Part shown: piece after piece, positions 62,977 through 64,000 of the stretch
How the letters are laid out: the number at the start of each line of letters is the position of its first letter
How positions within the stretch are numbered: the first letter of the stretch is position 1
Assembly (NCBI GenBank): GCA_017528045.1
Contig: JAFXPG010000010.1
Coordinates: 13,968-77,967 of the forward strand
Reading direction: 5' to 3'
Length of the DNA: 64,000 bases
Source of the DNA: Alphaproteobacteria bacterium
GTDB taxonomy: Bacteria > Pseudomonadota > Alphaproteobacteria > Rs-D84
Program-made: the position numbers and the translations under genes
Notes under the pieces: generated by a model
Database searches by the model: none
What the model was told of the DNA's origin: nothing
The model's input: the letters and a program-made list of their open reading frames with translations, nothing else

Positions 62977-63489
62977 ATGAACTACATCTTGGTTGCTGAT
63001 AAACAAGAAGCTGACAATATAAAAATTCCAAAAGAATTGAAAGATTCTGTAAAAATCATTACTTTTGATGGTTGGGGTGACACAGCCGTAATAAAGAAAT
63101 TATCAAAAATGATGTTGAATCATGAATTTAATAAAAACGATAAATTTTTCAATATTGGTTATGCGGGGTCAAATGAATTTCCAATTGGTACGGCCGTCGT
63201 TGTCGGAACAGTTGCGAAAGAAATTCCTTCACATACGGTAAAAGAACCATCTGTTAAATTAGATAAAGAATCCAAGATTAAATGTTATTCATCATTGAAT
63301 TTCGTAGAAAACACAAAACACATCGGTGTATTTGATATGGAACTTTATACATTAGCTACATTTTTTCCAAAGATTAAATCTGTTAAGATAGTTTCAGATA
63401 ATTTGAATTATCATGAATATAAACAAGTTGCTATTACAAAAGCTTGGAAAGAAGCGAATAAAATATTATTCGAATGGATAAAAAAATAA
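62977..63489 (+). CDS. phosphorylase-family-1 (nucleosidase/PNP_UDP_1)-like protein, short form
   Basis: AAAGGAG RBS. NIGYAGS...IGTAVVVG and VFDMELYTLA...IVSD resemble the MTA/SAH-nucleosidase-type motifs. Confidence 0.45.
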   Translation: MNYILVADKQEADNIKIPKELKDSVKIITFDGWGDTAVIKKLSKMMLNHEFNKNDKFFNIGYAGSNEFPIGTAVVVGTVAKEIPSHTVKEPSVKLDKESKIKCYSSLNFVENTKHIGVFDMELYTLATFFPKIKSVKIVSDNLNYHEYKQVAITKAWKEANKILFEWIKK

Positions 63490-63517
63490 AAAAACACCGG
63501 CAAATGCCGGTGTTTTT
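63488..63517. terminator. bidirectional terminator AAAAAAACACCGG-CAAATG-CCGGTGTTTTT (recurrent motif, copy 3)
   Basis: Palindrome between convergent genes. Same sequence family as 46872 and 49552. Confidence 0.75.
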
Positions 63518-63791
63518 AATTATACATTGGTGGAAAACAATTATCACCACCGTCCGGACAACAAACCATCCAACCATCACCGGCATCTGTATACACTTCC
63601 CCAGCACAACAACCATTTTTATCAGGTCGATTACCATCTGGACAAGTTACAAAAAAACCGTTCCAATTTGTAATCAAATAATTTGTTGTATATCCAAAAA
63701 TACAGCCAAAAACAAATGCACACAAAACCCAAATCCATAATTTGGGTTTTGTATTTTGTTTTACAGATTTTTTAATAACTTTCTTTTTCAT
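63516..63791 (-). CDS. small membrane-anchored Cys-rich protein, unknown
   Basis: Basic N-terminus, one TM (LWIWVLCAFVFGCIFGY), then CPDGNRPDKNGCCAGEVYTDAGDGWMVCCPDGGDNC (7 Cys, CPDG twice). Confidence 0.5.
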   Translation of the reverse strand: MKKKVIKKSVKQNTKPKLWIWVLCAFVFGCIFGYTTNYLITNWNGFFVTCPDGNRPDKNGCCAGEVYTDAGDGWMVCCPDGGDNCFPPMYN

Positions 63792-63798
63792 AATACAC

Positions 63799-64000
63799 CT
63801 ATTCTTCTATTATTTTTTCTAATTGAATTATGAAATCAATTGCAGGATTTGCAATTTTTTTAGCTTTTTCAATCATACGTTCTGCTTCTGCTTGCATTTG
63901 CAAACGTTTATAAGTTTCAACAATTTCAACAGATTCTTCTGGATTGTGTTCTATATTATCATCAGTCAAAGCACGTGCGATTTCCAATTCTTGTTTTGCC
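63799..64000 (-). CDS. hypothetical protein, C-terminal fragment; gene continues right of the window
   Basis: Frame is open to the right edge. Helical, acidic sequence with no motif recognised. Confidence 0.4.
   Translation of the reverse strand, partial: AKQELEIARALTDDNIEHNPEESVEIVETYKRLQMQAEAERMIEKAKKIANPAIDFIIQLEKIIEE

Noticed and set aside
1-64000. Search for CRISPR arrays, IS elements, transposases, integrases, prophage blocks and rRNA genes.
   Set aside because: No regularly spaced short direct repeats were seen. There is no DDE or serine/tyrosine recombinase other than xerD, no phage structural genes, and no rRNA-like sequence.

Overview
AT-rich, very gene-dense chromosomal window (G+C looks like roughly one third by eye; not computed). 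It most likely comes from a reduced-genome, probably host-associated alphaproteobacterium. The markers for this are a MucR/Ros regulator, an alphaproteobacterial-type AddB, DciA/DUF721, SecB and RpoH. Most of the window is housekeeping: rpoH (partial), der, gltX, trmB, a ybeY-lnt fusion, rarA, ftsK, yajC-secD-secF, mutL, greA, an lptF/G-family permease, xerD, trxB, serS, typA, recA, ruvC, dciA, mltA, secB, yebC, ruvA, mnmE, xth, addB, yihA, rsmI, lpoA and tRNA-Gly/tRNA-Tyr. No transposases, integrases, CRISPR arrays or rRNA genes were seen. Accessory content: (1) two diverged, inverted copies (24.6-26.4 kb on +, 55.2-56.9 kb on -) of a two-gene cassette, each preceded by a conserved ~200-nt structured leader. 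The genes encode a secreted InlB-B-repeat-like protein and a secreted Cys-rich protein with eukaryote-like repeats. The leader has its own promoter, a compensatory base-pair change between copies, mutually exclusive helices and an intrinsic terminator. I could not assign it to any regulatory RNA family I know, and it is my top candidate for an undescribed system. (2) A surface-glycan island between typA and recA that includes a tandemly duplicated Stealth-family phosphotransferase. (3) Three tandem acyl-CoA/AMP-ligase paralogs with a 121-nt gene-conversion tract. (4) A block of small unknown genes at 7.9-9.9 kb (HNH-like, SUKH-like, RHH). (5) A 15-nt duplication of the tRNA-Tyr 3' end flanking a 165-nt G+C-richer insert. 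(6) Several degenerate-looking enzymes or regulators (S41 peptidase without its Ser/Lys dyad, MucR without its zinc ligands). All functional calls come from motif recognition by eye; no searches were run.
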